Positions 1 through 9,782 of a stretch of DNA of 25,742 nucleotides are shown here, piece by piece. Source of the stretch: an uncultured Erysipelotrichaceae bacterium (GTDB lineage: Bacteria; Bacillota_I; Bacilli_A; Erysipelotrichales; Erysipelotrichaceae); assembly GCA_964457525.1 (NCBI GenBank), contig CAYWGS010000013.1:1-25742 (forward strand), in the 5' to 3' direction. The translations under genes were made by a program, and so were the position numbers. Position 1 is the first letter of the stretch; each line of letters begins with the position of its first letter. The notes under the pieces were generated by a model. It was given only the letters and a program-made list of their open reading frames with translations. It was not told where the DNA came from and did no database searches.

Positions 1-12
1 GAATCTGTATCC

Positions 13-46
13 GTAAATTCCATACGCATGCGGAATTTACATTTTC
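13..46 (+). terminator. Possible terminator hairpin of the off-window upstream gene
   Basis: A 9-bp stem, GTAAATTCC (13-21) pairing with GGAATTTAC (32-40), has a 10-nt loop and is followed by ATTTTC. The T-tract is short, so the call is weak. Confidence 0.35.
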
Positions 47-80
47 AATCAAGGATAACTTAACTAAGCTTGAAAATACA

Positions 81-109
81 TTGAATTTGATAGGACTCTT
101 TGATAGAAT
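81..109 (+). promoter_or_regulatory. pyrG promoter with an extended -10
   Basis: -35 TTGAAT (81-86), 17-nt spacer, then TGaTAGAAT (101-109). The predicted +1 is G116, 7 nt after the -10. Confidence 0.5.
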
Positions 110-115
110 ATTAAA

Positions 116-155
116 GGGCAAATGCCTCCGAGTTTTGGAGGCATTTTTATTTTTT
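116..155 (+). promoter_or_regulatory. pyrG leader attenuator: GGGC initial transcribed sequence plus an intrinsic terminator
   Basis: The predicted transcript starts GGGC (116-119). A 10-bp stem (120-129 pairing with 137-146) has a 7-nt loop and is followed by TTATTTTTT (147-155). The 5' stem arm contains the pyrimidine run CCTCC. The terminator lies about 20 nt upstream of the pyrG RBS, so it is inside the leader rather than after another gene. Confidence 0.55.
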
Positions 156-157
156 AG

Positions 158-1780
<1,623 letters not shown>

Positions 1781-1803
1781 AACAGGCTCTGCCTGTTTTT
1801 GTT
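1781..1803 (+). terminator. Rho-independent terminator after pyrG
   Basis: AACAGGC (1781-1787), TCT loop, GCCTGTT (1791-1797), then TTTTTGTTT. Confidence 0.7.
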
Positions 1804-1854
1804 TACTATAAATCACACTTAGACTGTGATAAAATAACGGTGGAGATTAAAAAT

Positions 1855-3120
1855 ATGGAAGAAGTACTAAAAATCGAAGGTGGACATAAACTAAAAGGAA
1901 GTGTAAGAATCAGTGGTGCTAAAAACGCGACTGTTGCGCTTATTCCTGCTAGTATTCTAGCTACAAAAGGCAAAGTTAATATTTATGGTGTTCCTAACAT
2001 CTCAGATGTAGGGCATTTAAGTCAGTTATTAGAAACACTTAATGTAAAAGTGACGCAACATACCAATGAACATTTAGAGATTGATCCAAGTGAAATGATT
2101 AATATCTCTTTAGATCATCCTGTTGTTCAAAAATTACGTGCTTCTTATTATTTCATGGGAGCACTACTTGGTCGTTATAAACAAGTGAATATGAAGATGC
2201 CAGGAGGATGTTACCTCGGACCTAGACCGATTGATTTACATCTTAAGGGTTTTGAAGCACTTGGAGCAGAAATTGAATACTCACAAGGAAGTTACAAGAT
2301 ATTTGCGAAAGAACTTATTGGCGCAAAGATTTATTTAGATATTCCATCGGTTGGCGCAACCATTAATATTATGATGGCAGCAGTTTTTGCGAAGGGTCGT
2401 ACTTCGATTGAGAATGCGGCTAAAGAACCTGAGATTATTGATGTGGCTACTATGTTAAATAAGATGGGTGCTCAGATTCGTGGAGCAGGAACCAATATTA
2501 TTACCATTGATGGGGTTGAAGATTTAGTGGGATGTACGCATGAGATCATTCCAGATCGTATTGAAGCAGGTACGATGATTGTGATTGCGGCTGCTGCGGC
2601 AGAAGAAGTTGTGATTGAAAATGTCATCCCTCATCACTTAGAAGCTCTATTATCGAAACTTGAAGAAATGGGTGTACCAATGGATATTGAGATTGATAAG
2701 GTAACCGTACGTGGCACAACTCATCTAAAGGATGTGGATATTCAAACACTTCCTTATCCAGGTTTCCCAACTGACCTCCAACAACCGCTTACGCCATTAC
2801 TCACACGTGCTAATGGTGAATCAACGGTTAAAGAAACCATTTATGTTGAGAGATTCAAACATTGTATTGAATTACAACGTATGGGAGCAAATATCAATCT
2901 AATTCCAGGATCCGCGATTGTGCATGGACCTTCAAGATTATATGGAGATCGTGTTACCGCAACGGACTTAAGATGTGGCGCAAGTTTAGTCGTAGCTGGA
3001 TTAATGGCTGAAGGTGTGACTGAGATTCATGATGTCTATCATATTGATCGTGGGTATGAAAATTTAGATGGTAAATTAAGTGCGCTAGGGGCTAAAATCT
3101 GGCGTGAAACAGTTGAATAA
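1855..3120 (+). CDS. murA: UDP-N-acetylglucosamine 1-carboxyvinyltransferase (murAB-like by position)
   Basis: Motifs RISGAKNA and [14 protein letters not shown] (active-site Cys) are present. GGTGGAG (1839-1845) sits 9 nt upstream of ATG 1855, which favours that start over the GTG at 1840. Confidence 0.95.
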   Translation: MEEVLKIEGGHKLKGSVRISGAKNATVALIPASILATKGKVNIYGVPNISDVGHLSQLLETLNVKVTQHTNEHLEIDPSEMINISLDHPVVQKLRASYYFMGALLGRYKQVNMKMPGGCYLGPRPIDLHLKGFEALGAEIEYSQGSYKIFAKELIGAKIYLDIPSVGATINIMMAAVFAKGRTSIENAAKEPEIIDVATMLNKMGAQIRGAGTNIITIDGVEDLVGCTHEIIPDRIEAGTMIVIAAAAAEEVVIENVIPHHLEALLSKLEEMGVPMDIEIDKVTVRGTTHLKDVDIQTLPYPGFPTDLQQPLTPLLTRANGESTVKETIYVERFKHCIELQRMGANINLIPGSAIVHGPSRLYGDRVTATDLRCGASLVVAGLMAEGVTEIHDVYHIDRGYENLDGKLSALGAKIWRETVE

Positions 3121-3143
3121 ATAGGTATTTCCGTTAGTTTAAT

Positions 3144-3171
3144 AAAAGTATTCAACAAGAATACTTTTTTG
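3144..3171 (+). terminator. Probable terminator after murA
   Basis: AGTATTC (3147-3153), AACAA loop, GAATACT (3159-3165), then a T6 run. The stem is AT-rich. Confidence 0.5.
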
Positions 3172-3194
3172 TTAGAATGGATGCAGGGGGAAAT

Positions 3195-3374
3195 ATGAAA
3201 CGTAAAGATTTCTATATTGGATTAAATGGGTTAATCCTTGTTTACTTAGTGATTATTTGGTGTGGTTCGGGTTATATGATTAACGATTTTTTAACTCAAT
3301 TTATCAGTCGATATTATGTTGTTATTTTATGGGCAATAGGGAATTTAATCTATTGGTATCGAGTCAAAGAATAA
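3195..3374 (+). CDS. Hypothetical small two-TM membrane protein (59 aa from ATG 3195)
   Basis: The ORF encodes two hydrophobic segments (GLNGLILVYLVIIWCG and YYVVILWAIGNLIYWY). A G-rich RBS (GGGGGA, 3186-3191) precedes ATG 3195. I recognise no family. Confidence 0.4.
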   Translation: MKRKDFYIGLNGLILVYLVIIWCGSGYMINDFLTQFISRYYVVILWAIGNLIYWYRVKE

Positions 3375-3400
3375 GAATAGTCTATGATAGTAAATCATTC

Positions 3401-3429
3401 TTGCATGTTAATATGAACTATGTTATATT
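3401..3429 (+). promoter_or_regulatory. rpmE promoter with an extended -10
   Basis: -35 TTGCAT (3401-3406), 17-nt spacer, then TGtTATATT (3421-3429). Confidence 0.45.
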
Positions 3430-3484
3430 AAACACGCACTTACTTTGAATTGATAAGAAATTCAAGGCGGAAGGAGATAAAGTT

Positions 3485-3688
3485 ATGAAAAGCGGAATTC
3501 ATCCAAACTACAATAAAGTTATTGTACATTGCACATCTTGCGGAAATGAATTTGAATCTGGTTCAGTTTTAAAAGAAATTAAAGTTGATACTTGCTCAAA
3601 TTGCCATCCTTTCTACACAGGACGTCAACGCTTCGCGCAAGCACAAGGACGAATTGAAAAGTTTAATCGTAAATACGGTAATAAATAA
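3485..3688 (+). CDS. rpmE: 50S ribosomal protein L31, zinc-binding type A
   Basis: MKSGIHPNY at the N-terminus, CTSC...CSNC cysteine pairs and a FYTG motif. The RBS GGAAGGAG lies upstream. Confidence 0.95.
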   Translation: MKSGIHPNYNKVIVHCTSCGNEFESGSVLKEIKVDTCSNCHPFYTGRQRFAQAQGRIEKFNRKYGNK

Positions 3689-3714
3689 GGGAACAATCGT
3701 TCTCTTTTATTTTG
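3688..3714 (+). terminator. Probable terminator after rpmE
   Basis: AGGGAAC (3688-3694), AATC loop, GTTCTCT (3699-3705, one G-U pair), then TTTTATTTT. Confidence 0.5.
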
Positions 3715-3720
3715 TTAGTA

Positions 3721-3729
3721 TGTTAAAAT
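3721..3729 (+). promoter_or_regulatory. Candidate extended -10 for tdk-prfA-prmC
   Basis: TGtTAAAAT lies 27 nt upstream of the tdk ATG. There is no good -35. Confidence 0.35.
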
Positions 3730-3755
3730 AAATTTGAACATGAGGGGTTAATAAT

Positions 3756-4352
3756 ATGATGTATCAAATGTATCGTCCAGGTTATATCGAGGTTATTTCA
3801 GGTTGTATGTTTGCGGGTAAAACAGAAGAACTTATTCGCCGCATTAAGACATTAGAATTTGCGAAGAAGAATGTGTTGGTTTTTAAGCCAGCAATCGATA
3901 ATCGCTACAGTAATACAAAAGTAGTTTCTCATGCTGGAAGTTCTGTCGAGAGTATCGTCGTGCCAGATGCACGTTCTATTTTAGATTTTGTTAAAGATGA
4001 TACAGATGTCATTGCCATTGATGAAGTTCAATTCTTTGATGAAGATGTTTTATTAGTATGCAATTACCTAGCTAAGAAGGGTAAACGCGTTATGTGTGCA
4101 GGATTAGATACTGATTTTAGAGCTGAACCATTTGGTGTTATGCCAAGATTGATTACAGATGCGGAATTTGTGACTAAGTTAACTGCGGTATGTATGAAAT
4201 GTGGTGCACCAGCAACTCGTACACAACGTTTAGTGAATGGTAAACCAGCACAGTATACGGATCCTATTATCATGGTTGGGGCTGCGGAAGCTTATGAAGC
4301 ACGTTGCCGTCACTGCCATGAAGTAATTGGTAAACCAGAAATTGAAGATTAA
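3756..4352 (+). CDS. tdk: Thymidine kinase (TK1 type)
   Basis: P-loop-like [18 protein letters not shown], and C-terminal zinc-ribbon cysteines CMKCG...CRHCH. The RBS GAGGGG lies upstream. Confidence 0.95.
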   Translation: MMYQMYRPGYIEVISGCMFAGKTEELIRRIKTLEFAKKNVLVFKPAIDNRYSNTKVVSHAGSSVESIVVPDARSILDFVKDDTDVIAIDEVQFFDEDVLLVCNYLAKKGKRVMCAGLDTDFRAEPFGVMPRLITDAEFVTKLTAVCMKCGAPATRTQRLVNGKPAQYTDPIIMVGAAEAYEARCRHCHEVIGKPEIED

Positions 4353-4357
4353 TTAAT

Positions 4358-4376
4358 AGTAACCATATTGGTTACT
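4358..4376 (+). other. Hairpin between tdk and prfA (weak or partial terminator)
   Basis: An 8-bp stem, AGTAACCA pairing with TGGTTACT, has a 3-nt loop and is followed only by TTATT. It probably does not terminate efficiently. Confidence 0.3.
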
Positions 4377-4392
4377 TTATTGTGAGGTAAGA

Positions 4393-5478
4393 ATGGAAAG
4401 TTATGATGTAATGATTAAACGCTTAGACAGTATGCATGAGCGTTACAAAGAATTAGAAGAAATCTTGATGAAGCCTGAAATATTGGGTAATTCAAGAGAA
4501 TACGCAAAGCTTGCGAAGGAACAAGCTTCTTTAAGACAGGTCGTGGATGCGTATGTTGAATTGAAGACGATTATTCAACACATCAAAGAAGCAGAAACGA
4601 TGTTAAAAGAAAAAGATACAGAACTTCGTGAATTAGCAGAAGCAGAATTAGAAGAACTCAATCCTCAAAAGGATGCGTTACTTGAAAAATTAGAAGTATT
4701 ACTCATTCCTAAGGATCCAAATGATGATCACAACGCGATTGTAGAAATTCGTGGTGCAGCAGGTGGAGATGAAGGGAATATCTTTGCGGGTGATTTATTC
4801 CGTATGTACAGTCGTTATGCGGAACTTATGGGTTGGAAGATTGAAATCATGGAAGCATCCGAAGCAGAAGCAGGTGGATATACTCTTATTTCGTTCTATG
4901 TTAAGGGAAATGAACCATTTAAACATCTAAAGTTTGAATCTGGGTCTCATCGTGTACAACGTGTACCGAAGACAGAAACGCAAGGACGCATTCATACATC
5001 GACCGCAACTGTTTTAGTTATGCCAGATATTGAAGAAGAAGAAATTGATATTAATCCAGCAGATTTAGTGATTGAAACACATCGTTCCAGTGGAGCGGGT
5101 GGACAACACGTTAATAAAACGGATTCTGCAGTACGTATTACACATACTCCAACAGGAATCTCAGTTAACTGTCAGGATGGGCGTTCTCAACATGATAACC
5201 GTGCTACTGCAATGCGTCTCATTCGTGCACGTGTATTCGAAGTGATGCAAGAACGCGCTGAAGCAGAAAAGGGTGCTGTACGTCGTGATAAGATTGGGAC
5301 TGGAGATCGTTCTGAAAAGATTCGTACCTATAACTATCCTCAAAATCGTGTAACCGATCATCGCATTGGTTTAACGCTTCAACAACTCGATCGTATTGTG
5401 GAAGGTAAGTTGGGAGATGTTGTGGAAGCCTTATTAATTGAGGAACAACGTCAAAAATTAGCAGGAAATCATTCGTGA
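4393..5478 (+). CDS. prfA: Peptide chain release factor 1
   Basis: GGQ motif (SGAGGQHVNKTDSAVRITH) and a PxT-type tripeptide (PKT) within RVQRVPKTETQGRIHTS. Confidence 0.97.
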   Translation: MESYDVMIKRLDSMHERYKELEEILMKPEILGNSREYAKLAKEQASLRQVVDAYVELKTIIQHIKEAETMLKEKDTELRELAEAELEELNPQKDALLEKLEVLLIPKDPNDDHNAIVEIRGAAGGDEGNIFAGDLFRMYSRYAELMGWKIEIMEASEAEAGGYTLISFYVKGNEPFKHLKFESGSHRVQRVPKTETQGRIHTSTATVLVMPDIEEEEIDINPADLVIETHRSSGAGGQHVNKTDSAVRITHTPTGISVNCQDGRSQHDNRATAMRLIRARVFEVMQERAEAEKGAVRRDKIGTGDRSEKIRTYNYPQNRVTDHRIGLTLQQLDRIVEGKLGDVVEALLIEEQRQKLAGNHS

Positions 5479-6323
5479 TCAATAAGATTCTAAAAGCTGC
5501 GGAAGAACGTTTAGTACAAAACGATATTCCTGAGAGCTATGCAAAGTATGTAATGAATGAATTACTTCTCGAACAAGGGAAGAATCTTTATCTTGAAATG
5601 AATTCTGATTTAGATGATATTACCTTAGAAAAGTTTAATTCGATAATGGATAAATTATGTTTAGATATGCCATTAGCGTATGCGATGGGTGTTCAATACT
5701 TTTATGGTTATCCGATTGAAGTGAATTCGGATGTATTAATTCCCCGCTTTGAAACAGAAGAACTCGTACTTAATGTCATTCAAGAAATTGATGAACATTT
5801 TGGGGATAAAGCGATTCAAGTGTTTGATGTAGGGACAGGAAGTGGAGCCATTGCTTGTGCACTTAAAGCAGAATGTCCTAATATTCATATGTTAGCGAGT
5901 GATATCAGTGATGATGCGCTTAAACAAGCTCGTCGTAACGCGGATAACATTAAGGTTCATGTGGAGTTTTATCAAGGAGACATGTTACAGCCGTTTATTG
6001 ATCATTCAATCAAAGCGGATGTGATTGTATGTAATCCTCCGTATATTCCAAGTGGTGAAGAGGTTGAGAATAGTGTAAAAGCGTATGAACCGCATCTTGC
6101 CTTGTTTGGTGGAGAAGATGGACTAAAGTTCTATCGTAGTGTACTCTCTAATGCGAAATATGTCTTAAATGAAAAAAATATCTTAGCCTTTGAAATGGGA
6201 TGGGATCAAGGTAAGACATTAAGTGATTTAGCAAGACAGTATTTTCCAGATGGAGATATTGAAGTCATTAAGGACATGCAGAAGAAAGATCGTATTTTAA
6301 TTATTCGGAATCGTTGTAATTAA
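5475..6323 (+). CDS. prmC: Release factor glutamine N5-methyltransferase
   Basis: SAM-binding site DVGTGSGAIA and the NPPY motif (VCNPPYIP). The GTG start overlaps the prfA TGA (GTGA), which suggests translational coupling. Confidence 0.92.
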   Translation: MINKILKAAEERLVQNDIPESYAKYVMNELLLEQGKNLYLEMNSDLDDITLEKFNSIMDKLCLDMPLAYAMGVQYFYGYPIEVNSDVLIPRFETEELVLNVIQEIDEHFGDKAIQVFDVGTGSGAIACALKAECPNIHMLASDISDDALKQARRNADNIKVHVEFYQGDMLQPFIDHSIKADVIVCNPPYIPSGEEVENSVKAYEPHLALFGGEDGLKFYRSVLSNAKYVLNEKNILAFEMGWDQGKTLSDLARQYFPDGDIEVIKDMQKKDRILIIRNRCN

Positions 6324-6696
6324 GGGTTTCTTTAATAAAATTGATTGATTGTATAATTTGATTAACAAGATGTTGGGAAAGTTTAGGATCAAGATTTTGG
6401 AGTTCAAACGCAGTTTTGAATCCAGGCGAGTTTATCCATTCTTCCACAACATCTTTTTTTGTGTAGTATGGAGCGCTTGTTTCTTTGACAACAGTATGTC
6501 TTAAGAGTTCATCTAAACTCACTTGATAAAGATCTGCGAGCTTACATAAACTACTTGGATCAGGTGATGAGATAGAATTCTCCCATTTCGCGATGGTTTG
6601 TTGGCTATAATTTAAAGCTTTCGCAACTTCACTTTGGCTTAGATTACGGCGAATTCGATAGGTTTTTAAAGTTTGACCAATTTCAACATTCTTCAT
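6301..6696 (-). CDS. XRE/Cro-CI family helix-turn-helix transcriptional regulator with an uncharacterised C-terminal domain of about 65 aa
   Basis: The N-terminus IGQTLKTYRIRRNLSQSEVAKALNYSQQTIAKWENSISSPDPSSLCKLADLYQVSLDELL is a classic HTH_3 pattern. This is the only minus-strand gene in the window. Confidence 0.85.
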   Translation of the reverse strand: MKNVEIGQTLKTYRIRRNLSQSEVAKALNYSQQTIAKWENSISSPDPSSLCKLADLYQVSLDELLRHTVVKETSAPYYTKKDVVEEWINSPGFKTAFELQNLDPKLSQHLVNQIIQSINFIKETLNYNDSE

Positions 6697-6704
6697 TTGT
6701 TGAA

Positions 6705-6733
6705 ATTATACGCCCTAAGGTTGTAAATGTAAT
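6705..6733 (-). promoter_or_regulatory. Candidate promoter of the XRE gene, implying a leaderless or near-leaderless mRNA
   Basis: On the minus strand a perfect TATAAT (6710-6705) lies only 8 nt upstream of the ATG (6696-6694), and no Shine-Dalgarno sequence lies between them. The -35-like ATTACA (6733-6728) follows a 17-nt spacer. Confidence 0.4.
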
Positions 6734-6762
6734 TGATATACAATATATAGGTGTAATATAAA
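6733..6762 (+). promoter_or_regulatory. Candidate promoter of the divergent membrane-protein gene
   Basis: -35 TTGATA (6733-6738), 18-nt spacer, -10 TATAAA (6757-6762). It stands back-to-back with the XRE promoter. Confidence 0.3.
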
Positions 6763-6764
6763 TA

Positions 6765-6785
6765 AATACAACTTTATGTTGTATT
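6765..6785. promoter_or_regulatory. Perfect inverted repeat, candidate operator
   Basis: AATACAAC (6765-6772), 5-nt spacer, GTTGTATT (6778-6785). Related half-sites are GTTGTA at 6720-6725 and ATACAA at 6738-6743. Confidence 0.35.
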
Positions 6786-6813
6786 AACGTGTGGTTTTTA
6801 TTAGGATTGTAGA

Positions 6814-7326
6814 ATGAGACTGAAATTATTTCTACGACTTTATCTAAGTATCTTACTTGTTTTATTTAATGTTTTTATTATAAATCCATTGAGTTGGTTA
6901 AGCCCGATTTATCTTCTTCTATATGGTTTGATGTTATATGTGTACAACGAAGTTGGACATTATAACTTAAAGATTACGATTCTACTCGGACTTATTATTT
7001 TAATTAATCTATTAAATAATGGATTCGTAATTACCTTTTATTTACACAGCCTATTAAGTTTAACGATGCTACTAACGCATATTCCATCTCGTAAGTCTGT
7101 TTATCGATTGTTTGGAAGAATTATCAATTCTAATAATATTCGAATCTATCGAGATCGAATTGAATGTGATCAATGGTTATTACAATCAGAAATCTATTTA
7201 AGAGAAAGAGAAATGATGTGGTTAAGGATGCGAATACAACTCAAATATAAGCATCTCAGGATGTATGAAATAAAGTACATCGATAACGAGATTTTTGGGG
7301 ATCATTTTTATGTGAATATTCGCTAA
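6814..7326 (+). CDS. Hypothetical membrane protein: about four TM helices plus an Arg/Lys-rich helical C-terminal tail of about 80 aa
   Basis: This 170-aa ORF has four hydrophobic stretches in residues 5-90, then RKSVYRLFGR...REREMMWLRMRIQLKYKHLRMYEIKY. The composition is visibly very AT-rich. An AGGA lies 6 nt upstream of the ATG. I recognise no family. Confidence 0.55.
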   Translation: MRLKLFLRLYLSILLVLFNVFIINPLSWLSPIYLLLYGLMLYVYNEVGHYNLKITILLGLIILINLLNNGFVITFYLHSLLSLTMLLTHIPSRKSVYRLFGRIINSNNIRIYRDRIECDQWLLQSEIYLREREMMWLRMRIQLKYKHLRMYEIKYIDNEIFGDHFYVNIR

Positions 7327-7342
7327 AATGTTTGGGAGATTA

Positions 7343-7371
7343 TCGATAGTATTGTTTCGTTGTGCTAAAAT
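7343..7371 (+). promoter_or_regulatory. Candidate rpiB-glyA-upp promoter with an extended -10
   Basis: TCGATA (7343-7348), 17-nt spacer, then TGcTAAAAT (7363-7371). Confidence 0.35.
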
Positions 7372-7440
7372 ATCATAGATAGTTCACTGACAGAATAATG
7401 AAGCGTAATGCTTCATTCGGTGTATTAAGGGAGACAATCA

Positions 7441-7899
7441 ATGAAAATTGCATTAGCTTGTGATCATGGTGCTTTCGAACATAAGGAAGCGATTAAGCAA
7501 CACCTATTAAAGAAAGGTCACCAAGTTGAAGATTTTGGGACGCATGGGACAGAAAGTATGGATTATCCAGATACGGTATATCCTGCATGTTGTTCTGTTG
7601 CGGATCGTTCCAATGATTTCGGGATTGTTTTATGTGGAACAGGAATTGGTGCAAGTATCGTAGCAAATAAAGTTAAAGGTATTCGTTGTGCTCTCGTGTA
7701 TGATCCAAAAGTTGCGGAAGTTACACGTTTACATAATGATACGAATGTTTTAGCTTTAGGCGGTCGTTTAACGAGTGTTGCGGTTGCCCTTGAGATTGTG
7801 GATAAATGGCTTAATACGGGTTTCTCTCAAGAAGATAGACATAAAGCGCGTATCGATAAAATCTGTCGTATCGAAGAAACAGAGAATGACAATGAATGA
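7441..7899 (+). CDS. rpiB: Ribose-5-phosphate isomerase B (RpiB/LacAB family)
   Basis: [12 protein letters not shown]...[22 protein letters not shown]...[12 protein letters not shown]. The RBS AAGGGAG lies upstream. Confidence 0.93.
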   Translation: MKIALACDHGAFEHKEAIKQHLLKKGHQVEDFGTHGTESMDYPDTVYPACCSVADRSNDFGIVLCGTGIGASIVANKVKGIRCALVYDPKVAEVTRLHNDTNVLALGGRLTSVAVALEIVDKWLNTGFSQEDRHKARIDKICRIEETENDNE

Positions 7900-9109
7900 T
7901 ATTTTAATTCAACAAGCGATCCAAAAAGAAAAAGATCGTCAACTTAATAATATAGAATTAATCGCATCCGAGAACTATGTATCTAAGGATGTTTTAGAAG
8001 CGGTTGGAAGTATTTTGACCAATAAATATGCGGAAGGTTATCCTAAAGCGCGTTACTATGGTGGTTGTGAAGAAGTAGATGTGATAGAAGAACTCGCACG
8101 TCAAAGAGCATGTGAGTTGTTTGGGGCAGAGCATGCGAATGTACAGCCACACTCAGGTTCACAAGCAAATATGGGTGTTTATATGGCCATTTTACAACCG
8201 AATGATGTGGTATTAGGAATGGACTTATCAGCAGGTGGACATTTAACCCATGGCCATCCACTCAACTTTTCTGGAAGTCTTTATCACTTTGAAGCCTATG
8301 GGGTTGATCCGGTAACATCACGTATTGATTATGATGCGTTAAGATTAAAGGCATTAGAAGTCAAACCTAAACTAATTGTGGCGGGAGCGAGTGCTTATCC
8401 TTTTATCATAGACTTTAAACGATTTAGAGAAATCGCAGATGAAGTTGGGGCATATCTAATGGTGGATATGGCTCATATTGCTGGATTGGTTGCGGCAGGT
8501 TTTCATCCAAGCCCAGTACCTTATGCGGATTTTGTGACGAGTACAACACATAAAACTTTGAGAGGTCCTAGAGGTGGTTTGATTCTTTGTAAGAAGGAAT
8601 TTGCGCCACTGATTGATAAGAAAGTCTTCCCTGGTATTCAAGGTGGACCCCTTATGCATGTGATTGCTGGTAAGGCGGTTTGTTTCTATGAAGCGCTTCA
8701 ACCAGAATTCAAATTATACACAGAACAAGTCATTAAGAATATGAAAGTTCTTGTGGAAGAGTTACATCAATTAGGGTATAACATTGTAGGGGATGGTTCA
8801 GATAATCATCTCTGTCTAGTGAATGTTAAAGCATCCGTTGGATTATCTGGTAAGAAATCAGAACGATTATTAGATGAAGTGGGTATTACCTGTAATAAAA
8901 ACAGTATCCCATTTGATACAGAGAAGCCGATGGTTTCATCGGGTATTCGTTTAGGTTCTGCCGCAATGACAACACGTGGATTTAAAGAGGCTGAGTTTAG
9001 ACAAGTGGCTCACTGGATGGATGAATGTTTGAGAAATCCTGAAGATGAGACCATCAAACACCGTATTAAAGAAGAGGTCACTGCTTTAACCAAGCGGTTT
9101 CCAATATAA
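7886..9109 (+). CDS. glyA: Serine hydroxymethyltransferase
   Basis: PLP-lysine motif [14 protein letters not shown] and ELIASENY. Homologues begin near [19 protein letters not shown], so the start is ATG 7886 or 7892, overlapping the rpiB stop at 7897-7899. The ORF-track start at 7775 lies inside rpiB and is rejected. Confidence 0.94.
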   Translation: MTMNDILIQQAIQKEKDRQLNNIELIASENYVSKDVLEAVGSILTNKYAEGYPKARYYGGCEEVDVIEELARQRACELFGAEHANVQPHSGSQANMGVYMAILQPNDVVLGMDLSAGGHLTHGHPLNFSGSLYHFEAYGVDPVTSRIDYDALRLKALEVKPKLIVAGASAYPFIIDFKRFREIADEVGAYLMVDMAHIAGLVAAGFHPSPVPYADFVTSTTHKTLRGPRGGLILCKKEFAPLIDKKVFPGIQGGPLMHVIAGKAVCFYEALQPEFKLYTEQVIKNMKVLVEELHQLGYNIVGDGSDNHLCLVNVKASVGLSGKKSERLLDEVGITCNKNSIPFDTEKPMVSSGIRLGSAAMTTRGFKEAEFRQVAHWMDECLRNPEDETIKHRIKEEVTALTKRFPI

Positions 9110-9121
9110 AGGAGAACAAAC

Positions 9122-9742
9122 ATGTTAAAAGTATTACATCACCCGCTTATTACGCATAAACTAACGCAAATGCGTCAAAAGGATACTGGTACAAAGGATT
9201 TTAGACAAAACTTAGATGAGATTGCTGGTCTAATGGCGTATGAAATCACACGTGATGTACCAACACGTACGATTGAAATTATGACACCAGTTGCACCATG
9301 TGTAACAGAAGAAATGGCAAAAGAAATTGTATTAGTTCCAATTCTTCGTGCAGGTTTAGGTATGGTCAATGGGATTCGTAATTTAGTACCAACTGCTAAG
9401 GTAGGTCATATTGGTTTATACCGTGATGAAGAAACATTGGAACCACATGAGTATTTCGCTAAATTCCCATCCAATCTACCTGATTCAGTTGTCATGGTTT
9501 TAGATCCAATGTTAGCAACAGGTGGTTCTGCGAGTGCAGCCATCGATATGATTAAAAAACGTGGGGCAACTGTGATTAAACTTATTTGTTTGGTGGGTGC
9601 TCCTGAAGGTGTTAAGCGTATTGAAGAAGATCATCCAGATGTGGATATCTATCTTGCGGCACTTGATGAAAAACTGAATGAACTTGGTTATATTGTGCCT
9701 GGATTGGGAGATGCTGGCGATCGAATTTTTGGAACTAAGTAG
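9122..9742 (+). CDS. upp: Uracil phosphoribosyltransferase
   Basis: [12 protein letters not shown] and the PRPP-binding loop [12 protein letters not shown]. The RBS AAGGAG lies upstream. Confidence 0.96.
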   Translation: MLKVLHHPLITHKLTQMRQKDTGTKDFRQNLDEIAGLMAYEITRDVPTRTIEIMTPVAPCVTEEMAKEIVLVPILRAGLGMVNGIRNLVPTAKVGHIGLYRDEETLEPHEYFAKFPSNLPDSVVMVLDPMLATGGSASAAIDMIKKRGATVIKLICLVGAPEGVKRIEEDHPDVDIYLAALDEKLNELGYIVPGLGDAGDRIFGTK

Positions 9743-9753
9743 TTTCATTTCGA

Positions 9754-9769
9754 TATAATGTGATAAAAT
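9754..9769 (+). promoter_or_regulatory. Candidate -10 elements for the atp operon
   Basis: TATAAT (9754-9759) and TGaTAAAAT (9761-9769) lie in the 40-nt upp-atpI gap. There is no convincing -35 and no clear SD before ATG 9783. Confidence 0.3.
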
Positions 9770-9782
9770 AGACAAGTAATAT

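Noticed and set aside
3443-3467. Hairpin TTGAATT-N7-AATTCAA in the rpmE 5' UTR, considered as a possible L31 autoregulatory site.
   Set aside because: It is a short AT-only stem that does not overlap the RBS. I know of no conserved Firmicute L31 leader motif to compare it with, so the evidence is insufficient.
4900-5000. The RF1 tripeptide reads PKT rather than the familiar PAT.
   Set aside because: The middle residue of the PxT motif is variable among bacterial RF1s (B. subtilis has PET as I recall), so this is not evidence of altered stop-codon recognition.
4064-5482. Minus-strand ORFs 4064-4273, 5161-5361 and 5219-5482, antisense to tdk and prfA.
   Set aside because: They lie entirely inside well-supported + strand genes. 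They have no RBS, low-complexity or odd composition, and no recognisable motifs. They are typical shadow ORFs.
7372-7440. Possible riboswitch (ZTP/pfl or THF type) or attenuator in the rpiB-glyA leader, including the hairpin AATGAAGC-GTAAT-GCTTCATT (7397-7417).
   Set aside because: The leader is only about 65 nt and lacks the conserved ZTP or THF riboswitch core sequences I know. The hairpin has no following U-tract and does not occlude the RBS. It may be an RNA-stability element or a weak terminator for the upstream membrane-protein gene, but nothing more can be supported.
7775-7885. The 5' extension of glyA in the ORF track ([16 protein letters not shown]...), which overlaps 125 nt of rpiB.
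   Set aside because: The extension is an off-frame reading of rpiB. SHMT homology begins at MTMNDIL (7886 or 7892). The same reasoning removed the extensions at pyrG 170, murA 1840, atpB 10066, atpA 12166, atpG 13697, atpD 14538, mreB 16582 and hpt 19468.
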